A stretch of DNA of 64,000 nt, from positions 43,040,440 to 43,104,439 of the forward strand of contig NC_068995.1 in the NCBI RefSeq assembly GCF_001194135.2. Direction: 5' to 3'. The first letter of the stretch is position 1, and each line of letters opens with the position of its first letter. Origin of the DNA: Octopus bimaculoides (taxonomy: Eukaryota). The position numbers and the translations under genes are program-made. A model generated the notes under the pieces. The model worked only from the letters and a program-made list of their open reading frames with translations. It ran no database searches and was not told the origin of the DNA. Of the stretch, positions 37,330-49,719 are shown in pieces.

Positions 37330-37717
37330 TAAAATCACTCGTCCAGATCCTATCTCGTGTCAAGATGGTTAGATAATAAAGCAGAAAAGTGTTGCCATAT
37401 ATGAGATATTGCGTGAAGCTTTCACCTTAATGCGATACGTTGATTAGTTAAGACAGAGAAGAGAGCTGTCAATTCAATTATCTATGAATCAAGGTCAAGG
37501 AAATAGAAAAGCTCAAGATATTCCAACTCGATTAGAGATTACTTCATCAAATTTAAGACGGTCCAGTCAAAATAGAAAACCTGCTGAGCACATACAGATA
37601 AACCCTCAAAATAGAACTGGTTCCGCAAATTTACGAAGTTCCATTCGAAATAGAAAACGTGTTGAGCACATATATGTAAACGCTCAAAATAGATCTTATT
37701 CATATACTAACTATTAA
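37330..37717 (+). pseudogene. Integrase C-terminal tail of the Gypsy element
   Basis: SRWLD...LMRYVD*LRQR (RHxDQLRxR-like), then ORF 37484..37717 with LRRSSQNRKP...SY (LRRSxRxRxP motif). Confidence 0.75.
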
Positions 37718-37751
37718 TCTTATTGTTTATTAAGTGTCAGCCTGTCAACAC

Positions 37752-38059
37752 ACACGATTCTATCATGTGAGGTTCTTCACTCTCGCATTGTTTATTTAAA
37801 TTAACGTTGATTCGTCTGAGGAGACACTTATTGGCGTAATCAGGTGACATTAGATATACATCGCCTCATTGCTCTGGGTTTACCCGTTTTACTTTAGCAC
37901 ACTTACTGTGGTACACTCGATTCATTTTGCATCGTGGACAACTGAATTTACAGTTCACCATTTTGTACTTTAGTTTGGAATTTTTGCAGTGTTTACTTCG
38001 TTCGTGTTAATAAAGTTATTATCTGAGCACAATATCATCATTTGTCGTACGTTGTAACA
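37752..38059 (+). repeat. 3' LTR
   Basis: Direct repeat of 35336-35641 ending in the canonical ...TGTAACA. Confidence 0.88.
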
Positions 38060-40542
38060 ATTAGGTTGCAGGATAGGTTTTGTTGAAAGTTGTTATGAAA
38101 AGCTTTTATTGATTAAATTTGAAGTTGTGTTATTCTTCAGTATTTATTTATGCAAGTGGAACTTTGCAATCAGTTCTGTCTATTTCTGCGTGTCTGCTTC
38201 GGGTCAGGGATATATTCTTTAGAATTTCACAAAAGAATGTAGATGGGTGTAAATGATTATTTGGTCAGCAGATGTGAACTAGATTTAATTGTTAGTTTTC
38301 TTTGGAGACTGAGGAAGATTTAACCTTTCGTTTTGAGAATGTGAAGGTTACATTTCAGGGTTCAATCCAGCATTTAAACTCGTGTAATTAGGTGTATAGT
38401 TTCTTAGGTTATTGAGATTTAAAATGTCTCGGAAAATAATGAGTTTAGTTGGTCACTAGATTTCGTTATTTCTTGCTGGTGTTATTTACGAGATTTCATT
38501 CGTTTGTTTTGAGGAGGTGTGCTTTATCAATAAACAACAATAAGAGGCATATAGTATAGAAATTAGTTTATTTGATGCTTTAATGTTCACACAAGTAGCC
38601 AAGTATGTGTAGAGCTTAGTGGGTGAGCAGATATTTCTCTAGGAGTTACTTATTATTGAAAGTATTAAAAATATTAAAGTCATGATTACAATTTCATCAT
38701 AAAGTCTAGCGTATCTGCTATCAACATTTTACAACAGCTATTGTTAACTATTGGATCATCTCCCGTGGTTCTTTGCAAGGCCTCAAGACAATTGGAAAGG
38801 AGGGAGTATGTTAACCATGATGCACATATTTAATACGATATTTAATACGAAAGCTTACAACAGTGCTCATCAGTAAATTAACTCAAATACCATGTTATTG
38901 TATTAAGTCGAGTAACGGTTTAAGTCTACATTTCATGCAGGACTTGGCCGAATTTGTAATTAGAACCCAACGTGTCGCAAAAACAGAGCCCTTCAATCTA
39001 CAAACCTGCGTTTGTATATTTGTTGTTCATCCACAAATGATGAAATGCAAAACTGACCTCAGTGATACTTAAACTAAGAGGAAAGATGACCAGAGCAAAT
39101 ATCACGAAATGTTTTATCCTACCACTTCGCCAATTCCCAACCATCAACACAACACACACATACGCCTGATATCGGAGGGAAATATGAAAACATTAAACGA
39201 GGATATGAAATACTCTCTTTCCCTTCTGATTTAGGTTTCCTTTTTCGTCATTTTCATAACACTTTTGTTACCATATTTCTTTTGGAATACAGTCTTTATT
39301 TCAATTAACATTGAAAATAATGAATTTAGTAAAAATAATAATGTCATTACGAAGCTAGTCTTTTAAACATAAATTATCATGAAATTTGAAATAGAGATTT
39401 AGATCTCATCAGGAACGATCGCAGCAGGGTTGATGTCAAAGTGGTCAAGCATACGTAAGGGAAAGAGAGAGAGAGAGAGCGAAAGAGAGGAAGAGAGAAG
39501 GAAACTGACACGGATTCTCCAAATCTAATCTATAGGTAGCACAGTGAAGGTTTGTAAGACATTCTCAAAATTCTTATATGAAAAGATGTACGTACTTCAG
39601 TGTATGAAACGATAGTCCAACAACCAATACTCCAATTTAACTCCATATTTACAAACACCGGGAACTCTCTTAAATCAAAATGTCTTCTCGTTTTGTTAGC
39701 CATGGGCTTGAACTCTCTCAAGTATTTAAATTAAAATCAAGGAAAAATCATACATACATACATACATACATACATAGTTATGTCGATGCAAAAAGAAAAA
39801 ATAGAATTCAAAATATGAATATATGTATATTCTTATCAACAGCAGATGCAACGGAGTTCGTACGTTGACACTTATGAAACTAGATTTATAAGTGCCAACA
39901 TAGAGTGAGAGAGAGAGGGAGGGAGAGAGAGGCGTTTGTAGATATTATAATTTATCTTGACGTTTGCAGTATATATTTTTTTTCATTCGACGGTTCGAAC
40001 AACTTAATCATAACATTGTACAGAAACCCCACCAACACTTCTTGGTTTCGTATGCTTTAATCACACATGTAGCAGCATTACATACACATGTTAATTAGAG
40101 TGGAATGCTGGAATTGTAAGAAATTTTATGAAAGACATATGATGTGATCAGAAATATTAAATAAATTACATAAAACAAAATTTAAACCAAGGAAAAGACA
40201 AAGAACTACTTAGAATTCCACTGTTGAACGCAATAAACATTATTTGAACACACACACACACATATATTCCCATTGTGTTTGAATTATATATAGTATCTTT
40301 TTTAATCCTCATTGTTGGCCATTGCATGATCCATCTTAGTAATAATTATGTATTAAAGAATTTAAATTATCTTTTTTCCGTTCATCAAAATGTTAAGCTA
40401 AACAAAGTCTCATGTATTATTATATAGTATTGTGCCTATTATTGTTGCTGCTATTGCTATTGTGGTTTGTATAGTTGTATTTAGAAAAAAGGATTCTGGG
40501 GAAGAAAATAAAATATATATATATATATAAAGTGTAGTATAT

Positions 40543-40695
40543 TGCCACTTAAGTGTGGCTGACCCCTAGGGGTGGATGTTACTGTTGCTTTTAGCCCCAG
40601 GAGGACATCTCCTCCAGCTGACATCTCCTCCAGCTGGTAGTTATCCCTCAGAGGGATAACTACCCTTGGCAAACAGGACACAGTCGTGTGTCGAT
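40543..40695. repeat. GC-balanced hairpin-rich repeat fragment cut by a gap
   Basis: Contains ACCCCTAGGGGT, a 16-bp tandem duplication and a 14-bp perfect inverted repeat; probably a retroposon end, family unassigned. Confidence 0.5.
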
Positions 40696-43053
40696 NNNNN
40701 NNNNNNNNNNNNNNNNNNNNNNNNNNNNNNNNNNNNNNNNNNNNNNNNNNNNNNNNNNNNNNNNNNNNNNNNNNNNNNNNNNNNNNNNNNNNNNNNNNNN
40801 NNNNNNNNNNNNNNNNNNNNNNNNNNNNNNNNNNNNNNNNNNNNNNNNNNNNNNNNNNNNNNNNNNNNNNNNNNNNNNNNNNNNNNNNNNNNNNNNNNNN
40901 NNNNNNNNNNNNNNNNNNNNNNNNNNNNNNNNNNNNNNNNNNNNNNNNNNNNNNNNNNNNNNNNNNNNNNNNNNNNNNNNNNNNNNNNNNNNNNNNNNNN
41001 NNNNNNNNNNNNNNNNNNNNNNNNNNNNNNNNNNNNNNNNNNNNNNNNNNNNNNNNNNNNNNNNNNNNNNNNNNNNNNNNNNNNNNNNNNNNNNNNNNNN
41101 NNNNNNNNNNNNNNNNNNNNNNNNNNNNATATATATATATATATGTTACAAAAACAAAATAGAAACCACACGTGGAAATGTAAGGGGAAAGTAAGAAGAA
41201 AAATAAGCGAAAATGCACATTGGTAATCCCAAAAAGTAAAGGCTTTTTATGAAAAGTAACGATAGATATACACAATTAGACGAGCTGAGGTAGGAATAAA
41301 AGTAATAAAAGTCATTTTTGTGAATACTTAAAGAAATTCAAAAGCATATCGGTTTCGTAAAGTTACTAATCATTGCTTTGAATGCACACCGATTGTATGT
41401 CTATATACATACTCATTCATACTTATATGTACATATATACACATTTATACACGCACACACGCACACATGAACACACATATATAGGGGGCCAAAAATGTAC
41501 GTATATGTGTATATAATAAAAATCGAACAGGCGAAAACAAAATATCCAGACAGTTAGACGATACAAAAAAGGACAGGAAGCAACAAAGACGTGTCATTTG
41601 GAGCATTCTATCGTAAGTCGTATTCCAGATCGTCGTTGCAGTTTCGGCCGGTTACACTTGACACTGCTCCAATCTGGCCAGCCCCAAGAAAATCAAAGCT
41701 AAGAGCACTAGATTCTTTGGGAGAAAGCAAGCGAATGTATACGAAAACAAGGACGAGAGAAAAAAAGAAACGTCTAATTTCCTCCACTGATAATTAAATG
41801 ATATTATGAATCATAATTATCACGGCAATGGGAGTAAGGTTTATAATTATGCTCATAATGAAAATAATCTTATTAATGAACAATGATTGTTGGAAAGATG
41901 TGATGCGGTTTGGTAAAGATTTTTGATTCATGGAAAATAGATATCTGGCACGTCTACACGTTCCTGCACGTGAATCAATACAAACACCCATTAATGGACA
42001 TTGTTATCTTTCATAATGCAAAATCTAAAGAACATATTTTAATCAAAACAAATATTGAACGATGTATTACTAACCCGCCATTAAACATATTATTGAAGCA
42101 TCACTTTGTTTCGATATTCTTGCACCAACTGAGGAGCTGTTCTCTATCTTCTATTCATATGTAACCAATGGTTTAATAGATTCTTACGGTGGTTTCTTTC
42201 TAATATTTTTTTTTTTTTTCAAATTCCCAACGAGATCGTCTGTGTCTTTCATCCTTTCAGAATCGATGAAATGAATAACAGTTTAGCACTGGAATCGTTG
42301 TAATCGACTATTCCACTCCACCAAATTTTAGGTATTGTCCCTATATTAGTGTTTTATTTATAAACTCACAAATTACTTCAAAATTAATGCATGCATGGTA
42401 GTTGGCCATTTAACTAATGCTGTTGTTAATTATTATAAACATTTGAGTACCGGATAGAAGATTTAGTTGTACTTTATTATTTCACAACAGAAAATTCTAA
42501 GTGTAAGTCCTGCTGGATAATCTTACTCTGCTAATACTTCGATATAGTTGAATTATGAATCAATAATATAAAAAAAATAAATAATTCAAACGTATGTTGT
42601 TTCCGCAACATCATCCACAAGCAAAACTACTCTCAAGTAAAGTTCATCCCGATTTTGATAATGACAGAACAACATGATGACCAGCAGAAATTAAGATGAT
42701 TATGATGAGATGTTTCGCCAGTGTCTGTTAAAGTTTTTCAACTTTGTTAGCAGTTCTTCTCACATAATCTCAGTGACGCAGCCTACAACTTAACTTTTTA
42801 ATACCCCTATGATTTTCCTCTGCCAGCCAACTATATAATTTTATTCAAATTGTTATTTTCAGAGACATAAGGAAGATTTTCATGAACATATCACAACGTC
42901 AGTGATGATGTATCTTCTTATTTCGGTTTAAAACCCACCCTCACCCAATTGTTTCTCCTAATATTCTTTTATTTCGTCACTTTCCGAATTAAATATTATC
43001 AAACATTATCATTGTATGTCAACTACTATTGTATTATTATTATTGCTGTTATT

Positions 43054-43662
43054 AAGGCGGTTAGGTGGTAGAAACGTTAGCACACCGGGCAAAATGTTTA
43101 GCAGCATTTCATCAATTTTTACGTTTTGAGTTCAAATTCCGCCAAGGTTAGTTTTGCTTGTCATCCCTTCGGGGCTGATAAATTAAGTACTAGTAAAACA
43201 CTGGAGTCGATTAAATCAACTTCTACCTTCCCCTAAATTTCAGTTCTTAGCAGAAAGGATTACCACTCTTGTTATTGCTCCGAGGTTGACATTGCCTTTC
43301 ATCCTTTTGGGGTTGATAGGTGAGCATGGGGTTCGTTGTAATCAACTCTCCCCATTCCCAGACCTTGCTGGACTTGTGCCAAAATTTGAAACTATTACCG
43401 CAATTGTTGTTGTTCGTGTTATTGATCTTGTTATAAGTTCCAGTACATAACGGTCCAAGTTTAAATACCGTCCAGATCAAATGTGCAATAAATACCATCC
43501 AGTAAGGCGGCGAACTGGCAGTAACGTTAACACGCCGGGCGAAATGCTTAGCGGTATTTCGTCTGTCTTTACGTTCTGAGTTCAAATTACCCCGGGGCGA
43601 TATTGCCTTTCATCCTTTCGGGGTTGATAAATTAAGTACCATTTGCATACTGAGGTCGATCT
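43054..43662 (+). mobile_element. Cluster of three SINE family A copies (about 43054-43260, 43278-43398 partial, 43504-43662)
   Basis: Repeated GAGTTCAAATT...GCCTTTCATCCTTT(C/T)GGGG(C/T)TGATA blocks in the same orientation. Confidence 0.9.
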
Positions 43663-45245
43663 ACCACAATGACGGTGATGATTGCACACATCCCAGGAAT
43701 AGTCATATAGAAAAAAATATCATTGAATCCTTGAGAATGGTGTTTTCTTTCGTGTTCCCAACGCGAAAAGCTTGATACTGCCACAACTGCAAATGCTATT
43801 GCAGAACAGAACCCTGGAAAGTGAAAGTAACAAAGAAAGTGACATATCTATGTCGATTGGAAAATTGTGGCAGAGGATCTTCAGATATCCTCAATACAGC
43901 TGTATTAAGATTTGAGAGACGTAAGAGGATTTATATTCGTTACTCTACGTGACAAGTCCGAGTACAGTATCTGTCGAGTGGTTGCAATGGAGTAGATACT
44001 TTTGGTGTACACAAGTGATCATACCAAGTTTTCAGGAGAATGTTTTTGTTTGAAAGTTAAATTTTTTAAGTATGTAGTCACTAATCTGTCGAGACAAGTA
44101 AACAGTAATATTCTGGTGTATAATAGACTTGCAATTAATCGGTTAATGTTTACGATAAAAATATTTTCTTGTTTTTAAGATTATCGCTTGACTGATCACA
44201 GAAATATAATTTGAGATAATAGATATCGAAAACAAAATAATTTGAAAATTAAGAAATACCGACATTCTAGACAATTCACCTGGTATTATTTTTAATACAG
44301 GAGAGCAGAAGAGGAAAAGATAGCACAATGTATTGAATGAAGGTACTGTACAGAAGTTTGATTTTATCAATAAAATGAAAAATAATTCAATGAAAATCTA
44401 CGATTCAGAAACACTTCGCGTGGACAGATTGTGCGAATTAGTTATGACATGTTAGAAGAGGCAGAATAAAATTAGTCAAATGATACTTTGTGATAGGAGA
44501 CAGGAGTTTCCTTAAGTTTGATGACGATGATTTACACCGGTAAATGTGTTTGGATTTTAAGAACTCTTATTGAGAAAAAATGTTTTATGTAAAGTATTTC
44601 TTTAATATAATTAGATAAATATGATATAACGTGTTTTGCCTTTAGCAAAGTAAATTAGATGTGGAACGAAATTATATAGCTAGCTTGTTGAGAAATGCAG
44701 GCGATATTAAAAAGTGGAGAAAATCCAATATGATATAATCAGAGATTGTTATATCTACCACTTATGAACCTTATTTCCTGGGTATGGATTACGATTATAA
44801 TTTTGCACATGCTGTTAAAGTCGATTAGACTAACAGCGCCAAATTGTTAAAACTGCTGATTACAAACTGGAAGTGCTGTTTATAACGGTGCGTAATTAAA
44901 AATATGTTGCAGAAAATAATGAGCCGCAGTATGGAATTTTCGTTGCATAGAGCTGATTGAATGCCCACTGCAATGGAATTTTCTAACAAATTAGTTCCGA
45001 TTCCCTGCTGGGAAAGAAATTTCAGCAACACGTAGTTAGAAAAATAACTTGTAGATTCTCTTATCAGAAACAACCAAAACATTTGGCTATAGAGAAAGCG
45101 TTCAGTCAGGTACTGAGAAAGAACAATGATCACTGAAGATGGTGAACAATTGTGATTACATACTACGACGCTACATTTGAACGTTAAAAGATGCTAAACG
45201 CATATAAGTAGAGAATGTCGAGATATGTGGGTAACGCACAACCCG

Positions 45246-45670
45246 CTGCTAGCAGTGACACCCAGCTTAGTGGCTCTCTGATCAGAAAGCTGCATTGAAA
45301 TACCAGTGATTAGGAGAGGCGTATGCGGAAGTGAGCGAAATACGCGAAGAGATTATGAAGGGCGTGTCAGTTGTAAGGGAAGAGGATTGGCAAAAATTAT
45401 GTATCGGTCAAGAACACAGGCAGAAATTTTGCATACACTTCTAAAATGCTGTTCGTCTTCTCTAGTGGAATAAATGCAAGAGCCAAAAAGGTTGTGCAAT
45501 GATATTACTGGGGATATTGACTTTAGAAAGAGTCGCAGGTGATTCATTCTTCATTGCCTCTCCGCTTAATCTGCTCACTACTTCATACACTCTGTCTTAA
45601 CTACATTTACTTTAATGCTGTTAATTAACCCGAAAGCCGTTATTTGTATGTTGACTGTCACTGCTAGCAG
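45246..45670. mobile_element. Putative MITE-like element bounded by a 15-bp inverted match
   Basis: CTGCTAGCAGTGACA (45246-45260) is the exact reverse complement of TGTCACTGCTAGCAG (45656-45670); no coding capacity inside. Confidence 0.5.
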
Positions 45671-48154
45671 TAGACACGCCTCAAATAAGTATCTGGAAAT
45701 CTATGTATTTCTGATATTCGATTAGCTTTCGAAGTTTAAATATATTGTAAAATTATGTAAATACAACTTTTTTTCTATCTTGAGTGTCTATTCTTTCTCC
45801 GTTTCTGTGAGAAAGATATTGTAATATAGATGTCTAACGGTTGTTTAGGATCGATTACAGAAGGAGTAGAGTGGATTCACGGGTTTGGCATCAAAAATAA
45901 TATTTTTTATTAGAAGAGTGAGTTACAGTCATAGATTTCCACTGAGAATTTTAATTATTGAATGAAATATGCAATGTAGATATAGATTAGTGACGTATGT
46001 AGCGCAAAGAAAGAATATTGGTAAACATTTTTCGTTAGTGTATGAGTTCACGTAACTCACCATGTTTGGAGAGATAATAAGCTACATACAGTGATGCTGT
46101 ATCAATAATAACAAGTACCGAAAAACATCGCTGAAAGACACGACAGATCGAACCACGATATGCACTGCGGGACATTCAAATCGTTAGTTATAGACAGGTG
46201 ATAGCGCATACTTCTGAAAGTATCGATCTCCCCAACGTTACTGAGCAGCTTTAAAGCTACCAGGAAATATCCTGGGCTTTTTAGTTGACACTGGGATACA
46301 TTCCCTTTCTCTGATATCTATTCAATATTACAATAGATCAAATGTTGTTTCAATCTCAACAATGTACAAATTATTGCGTATATTATTAGCTGAGGATTTC
46401 GTCTTTGCTGTCAGCTTTTGTATTTCTATCACATACCTCTTCCATAAACATGATTTAACATTTGCTGAATTTACATGCATTTACGTAGTCGCTACTATTC
46501 TGTGCTTAAAATTTACCGTTAAATATATACAATAATATATACCATCTTCTTCCCAACACACATGATCCCTAAATCTTCATAATTGTTTTCCCAAGTCTCG
46601 ATCATTGCAACAATAAAGGTATTTTTAATACGTCAGGTAATACAATAAGGTCAAGCGATGATTCATTGTTGCAATATGGCTTAAGATTACGAACCCTTCC
46701 TTCCGCTAAACCAACCATTACCAAAATTCAGCCTTGGTTGCATAAGATTTCCTATCTATAGCTACTTTTGTCACTTTGTTCATACCCGTCTATCTATCTA
46801 TCTATCTATCTTTCTGTCTGTCTGCCTGTCTGTCTGTCTCCTATTTACCTATCTATCTACTTACGTACCCAACTACCTGTCTATCTACCTATCTCTATCT
46901 GTCTATCTAAAAATCTACCACTTTCTCTGACTGCCTCTTGATATCAGTCTATTTCCCTGTAGTCCAACATTTACACGCCTGTTGTAATCACCGGTAATAT
47001 GTGTTGATTATGTGTCATTACTAACAATAAATACCAATTATATGTTCAACCGATTTCTCGACTATCAATTATATACTGACCATGTGTTGAAAAGGATGAT
47101 AAAATGAGTGATGACAATAATGTTCTGCCTACATGTGGCTCTCCTCTCTTCTTGTTACACAAATATATTTAAATTATGAGCGTGAATAGCAATCCTTAAC
47201 ACCAATTATATGTTACCTCGCTCTGTTGAAAGGGAGGGATGACTTTAGTTGAGATAACGTTTCTCTATCTTTTATTGAAATTGCCTTTTTCAAAATCACA
47301 TGAAACAGAATTAAATTTTCGGTCTCAAATTTCTCAGTCCCAGTTTGAAATGTCAATTATAAGTTTTGAATTCTAATAACGAATCTTGACATTTCAACAC
47401 TGAAATTCATCAATGACACGAAAATATATCTTCAATAAAAGCGAATTATTTTCTCTTAATTTGTCATCTCTTTCAGCAAATCTGTTGTATATGTATTTGA
47501 TACTATGATTTTAGAATTGTGAAATTTTTACATATGACTTGAAAATTATCTTCAACAAAGGGAAGAATATATCTATCACCCGTTTATGTTGCTTCAACAT
47601 TCAAGTTAGACATGGAACTGATTTTTCTCTTTCGGTCAAAAAATTTGACTCTATTTACTGAAGTGAATACCATGTAAATGAAGGGCAAAAAGAAGAACCA
47701 GGAAAATAAATAGGAGACGTATTTTCACTTTTGAAAACCAGTGTTGAAATTGTGACCAAGTATTCATGTTTAACAGATGATATGAACATATTTGCCACTG
47801 ATTTACTGCTCCCATAGCTCCATTACTTAGCACACTTGTCACTTCACTGCTCGTCACTTTCTTCCGAAATCCCTGTCCTTGTAATAACCCTTATGCTCAG
47901 ACCTTCTTCCACGGAATATGAACCCTCCAGAAACACCCCCAACCTTATGTCTTTGCTGCTGTTTAAACGGAACATGATTGGCAATAACTTCACGGATCTG
48001 AAAAGCTCATAGGTCATGAGCACTGTCCCTTCTAGATTTTACATAAGACTTGAAAATGTACCTTCAGCAAAGGGAAGAAAATATATAAAATGTTATTTTA
48101 TCTTTATGCAGAAGCGTATCATGTTCACGTAAGTTAACTTTTGAAACATAAGTC

Positions 48155-48278
48155 ACTCGAGGAAGGCTGGAAGGTATATCACCCGAAACGTTGTGTTAAC
48201 AACAAACAAGATGAGGACAAATATCCGTCGAATGTAAATAATGTACAAAATTCCTCATCTCTTAAATATAGAACTGTA
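48155..48278 (+). mobile_element. Penelope-like terminal repeat, solo fragment
   Basis: AAGGCTGGAAGGTATATCACCCGAAACGTTGTGTTAACAACAAACAAGATGAGGACAAATATCCGT...CCTCATCTCTTAAATATAGAACT matches the terminus attached to the PLE RT at 14838-14955. Confidence 0.85.
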
Positions 48279-48309
48279 CAATATTCGACGGAAGAAAAAA
48301 CCCAGTAAC

Positions 48310-48478
48310 GCCAGCAGAGTGCTCCTGCAAATGCAGTCGCTCTATGCGTTACTGCTACTCCCGTGTAGGCCACTACGGGCACAGCAGACGCTGCGCCACC
48401 ATCTGTAGCAGACTCGATTTCTTTTGGAGCAGATTCATGCCCTCTCGAGACCTACGGATGCCTACTACTATAGTACTA
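48310..48478 (+). mobile_element. RTE LINE extreme 3' end with (TAC)n-like tail
   Basis: Frame from 48320 reads CSCKCSRSMRYCYSRVGHYGHSRRC...MPSRDLRMPTT, matching the RTE terminal CxRxCxSRxGLxSHxRRC...SRDxRMP signature, followed by TACTACTA. Confidence 0.75.
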
Positions 48479-48981
48479 TATTATACATCATTGCTTAATA
48501 TGAACATAATATAAAATTTTTATAACAGAATATGTAAATCATGTTTGATCTTGTCGCAGACTATTCCAAATATTTTCTTATTCTTACATATTTTTTTTTA
48601 ATATACATAGCTTTCTTTTTCTCCCCTGATGCTCAGTCTACCTGATGTTTTCTCAGTTCCTCTCTTTCTATCCTCCATCACCTTTATCTCTCAATCCTAC
48701 TCGCCTTCCTCTCTTCTTACTCTCTGGAAAATTTATATCAAGCGTCTTCATCTCATCCCGTTCACGCCATTTTAAATGTTGCTTCAATTGGTATTTCTTA
48801 AGATTTGTATTGTTATCATTCAGTGCATTGTGTCCATTTCCCTGCAAGCAGGGTCCGTTCGACCGTACTGAAATTATGTTGTCCGTATGTATGTAAGTAT
48901 GGATGCATACATGCATCCACTCACACACCATCATAGACACAGTCGTACCACACGTGAACCCACGCGGACAAAACACACACG

Positions 48982-49019
<38 letters not shown>

Positions 49020-49078
49020 NNNNNNNNNNNNNNNNNNNNNNNNNNNNNNNNNNNNNNNNNNNNNNNNNNNNNNNNNNN

Positions 49079-49129
<51 letters not shown>

Positions 49130-49719
49130 TGAATATGTATATAAACATGTATATTAATATGCATACACATGTATCCGTCGATTGATAGATAAATACAATA
49201 TTAGATAAGTAGGTAGCTAGACAGACAGACAGGCAGACAGATGAGTAGCAATTTCGTAACCACATTTGAAGATTGTTATTTATATCATATTAGTTGTTTG
49301 TTTTCCATTAGGCTCGCAGTAGTCACTTATCACGCTAAGTGTTCGCTTCCTTCTATTCAGCAGATACCATTTTTTTATCACTTTTCTTAATGTTTTGTAT
49401 AAGATTTCATTATTAAATACAAGTGTTGTTTGTTTTTTTTTTCAGATTAGATTACATTACTCTGCTTCTTTCAGACGTCCCTAACCTCCCTTAATCTCCG
49501 TGAATATAATCTTTATGCGATGTTTTTCGTTAGTATATTTTAAATGTTCTACATTATGTAGCTCTTCCTTATTTTGTCTGGCTAAATGACATAGACAGAA
49601 GATGCACGATTTTGCATCTGTTTGGCAAACGGCTTAACTTTAAATCTAAATATTTTCATCTGAATTGATTTCGATAATTTTTCTCCGGTTTGTGTTACTG
49701 GGGTGGTTGGTTTGTGTTA

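Larger units (their letters stand above)
35336..38059 (+). mobile_element. Ty3/Gypsy (K02A2.6/Mag-like) LTR retrotransposon, old and internally deleted
   Basis: Paired direct LTRs, PBS, and gag, zinc-knuckle, protease, RT start and integrase C-terminal tail in Gypsy order. The 5' ends of the LTRs are uncertain by a few tens of bases. Confidence 0.9.

Noticed and set aside
41790-42090. Homeodomain (TAAT/ATTA) site cluster
   Set aside because: These motifs are expected at high density in such AT-rich DNA; not distinguishable from background by eye.
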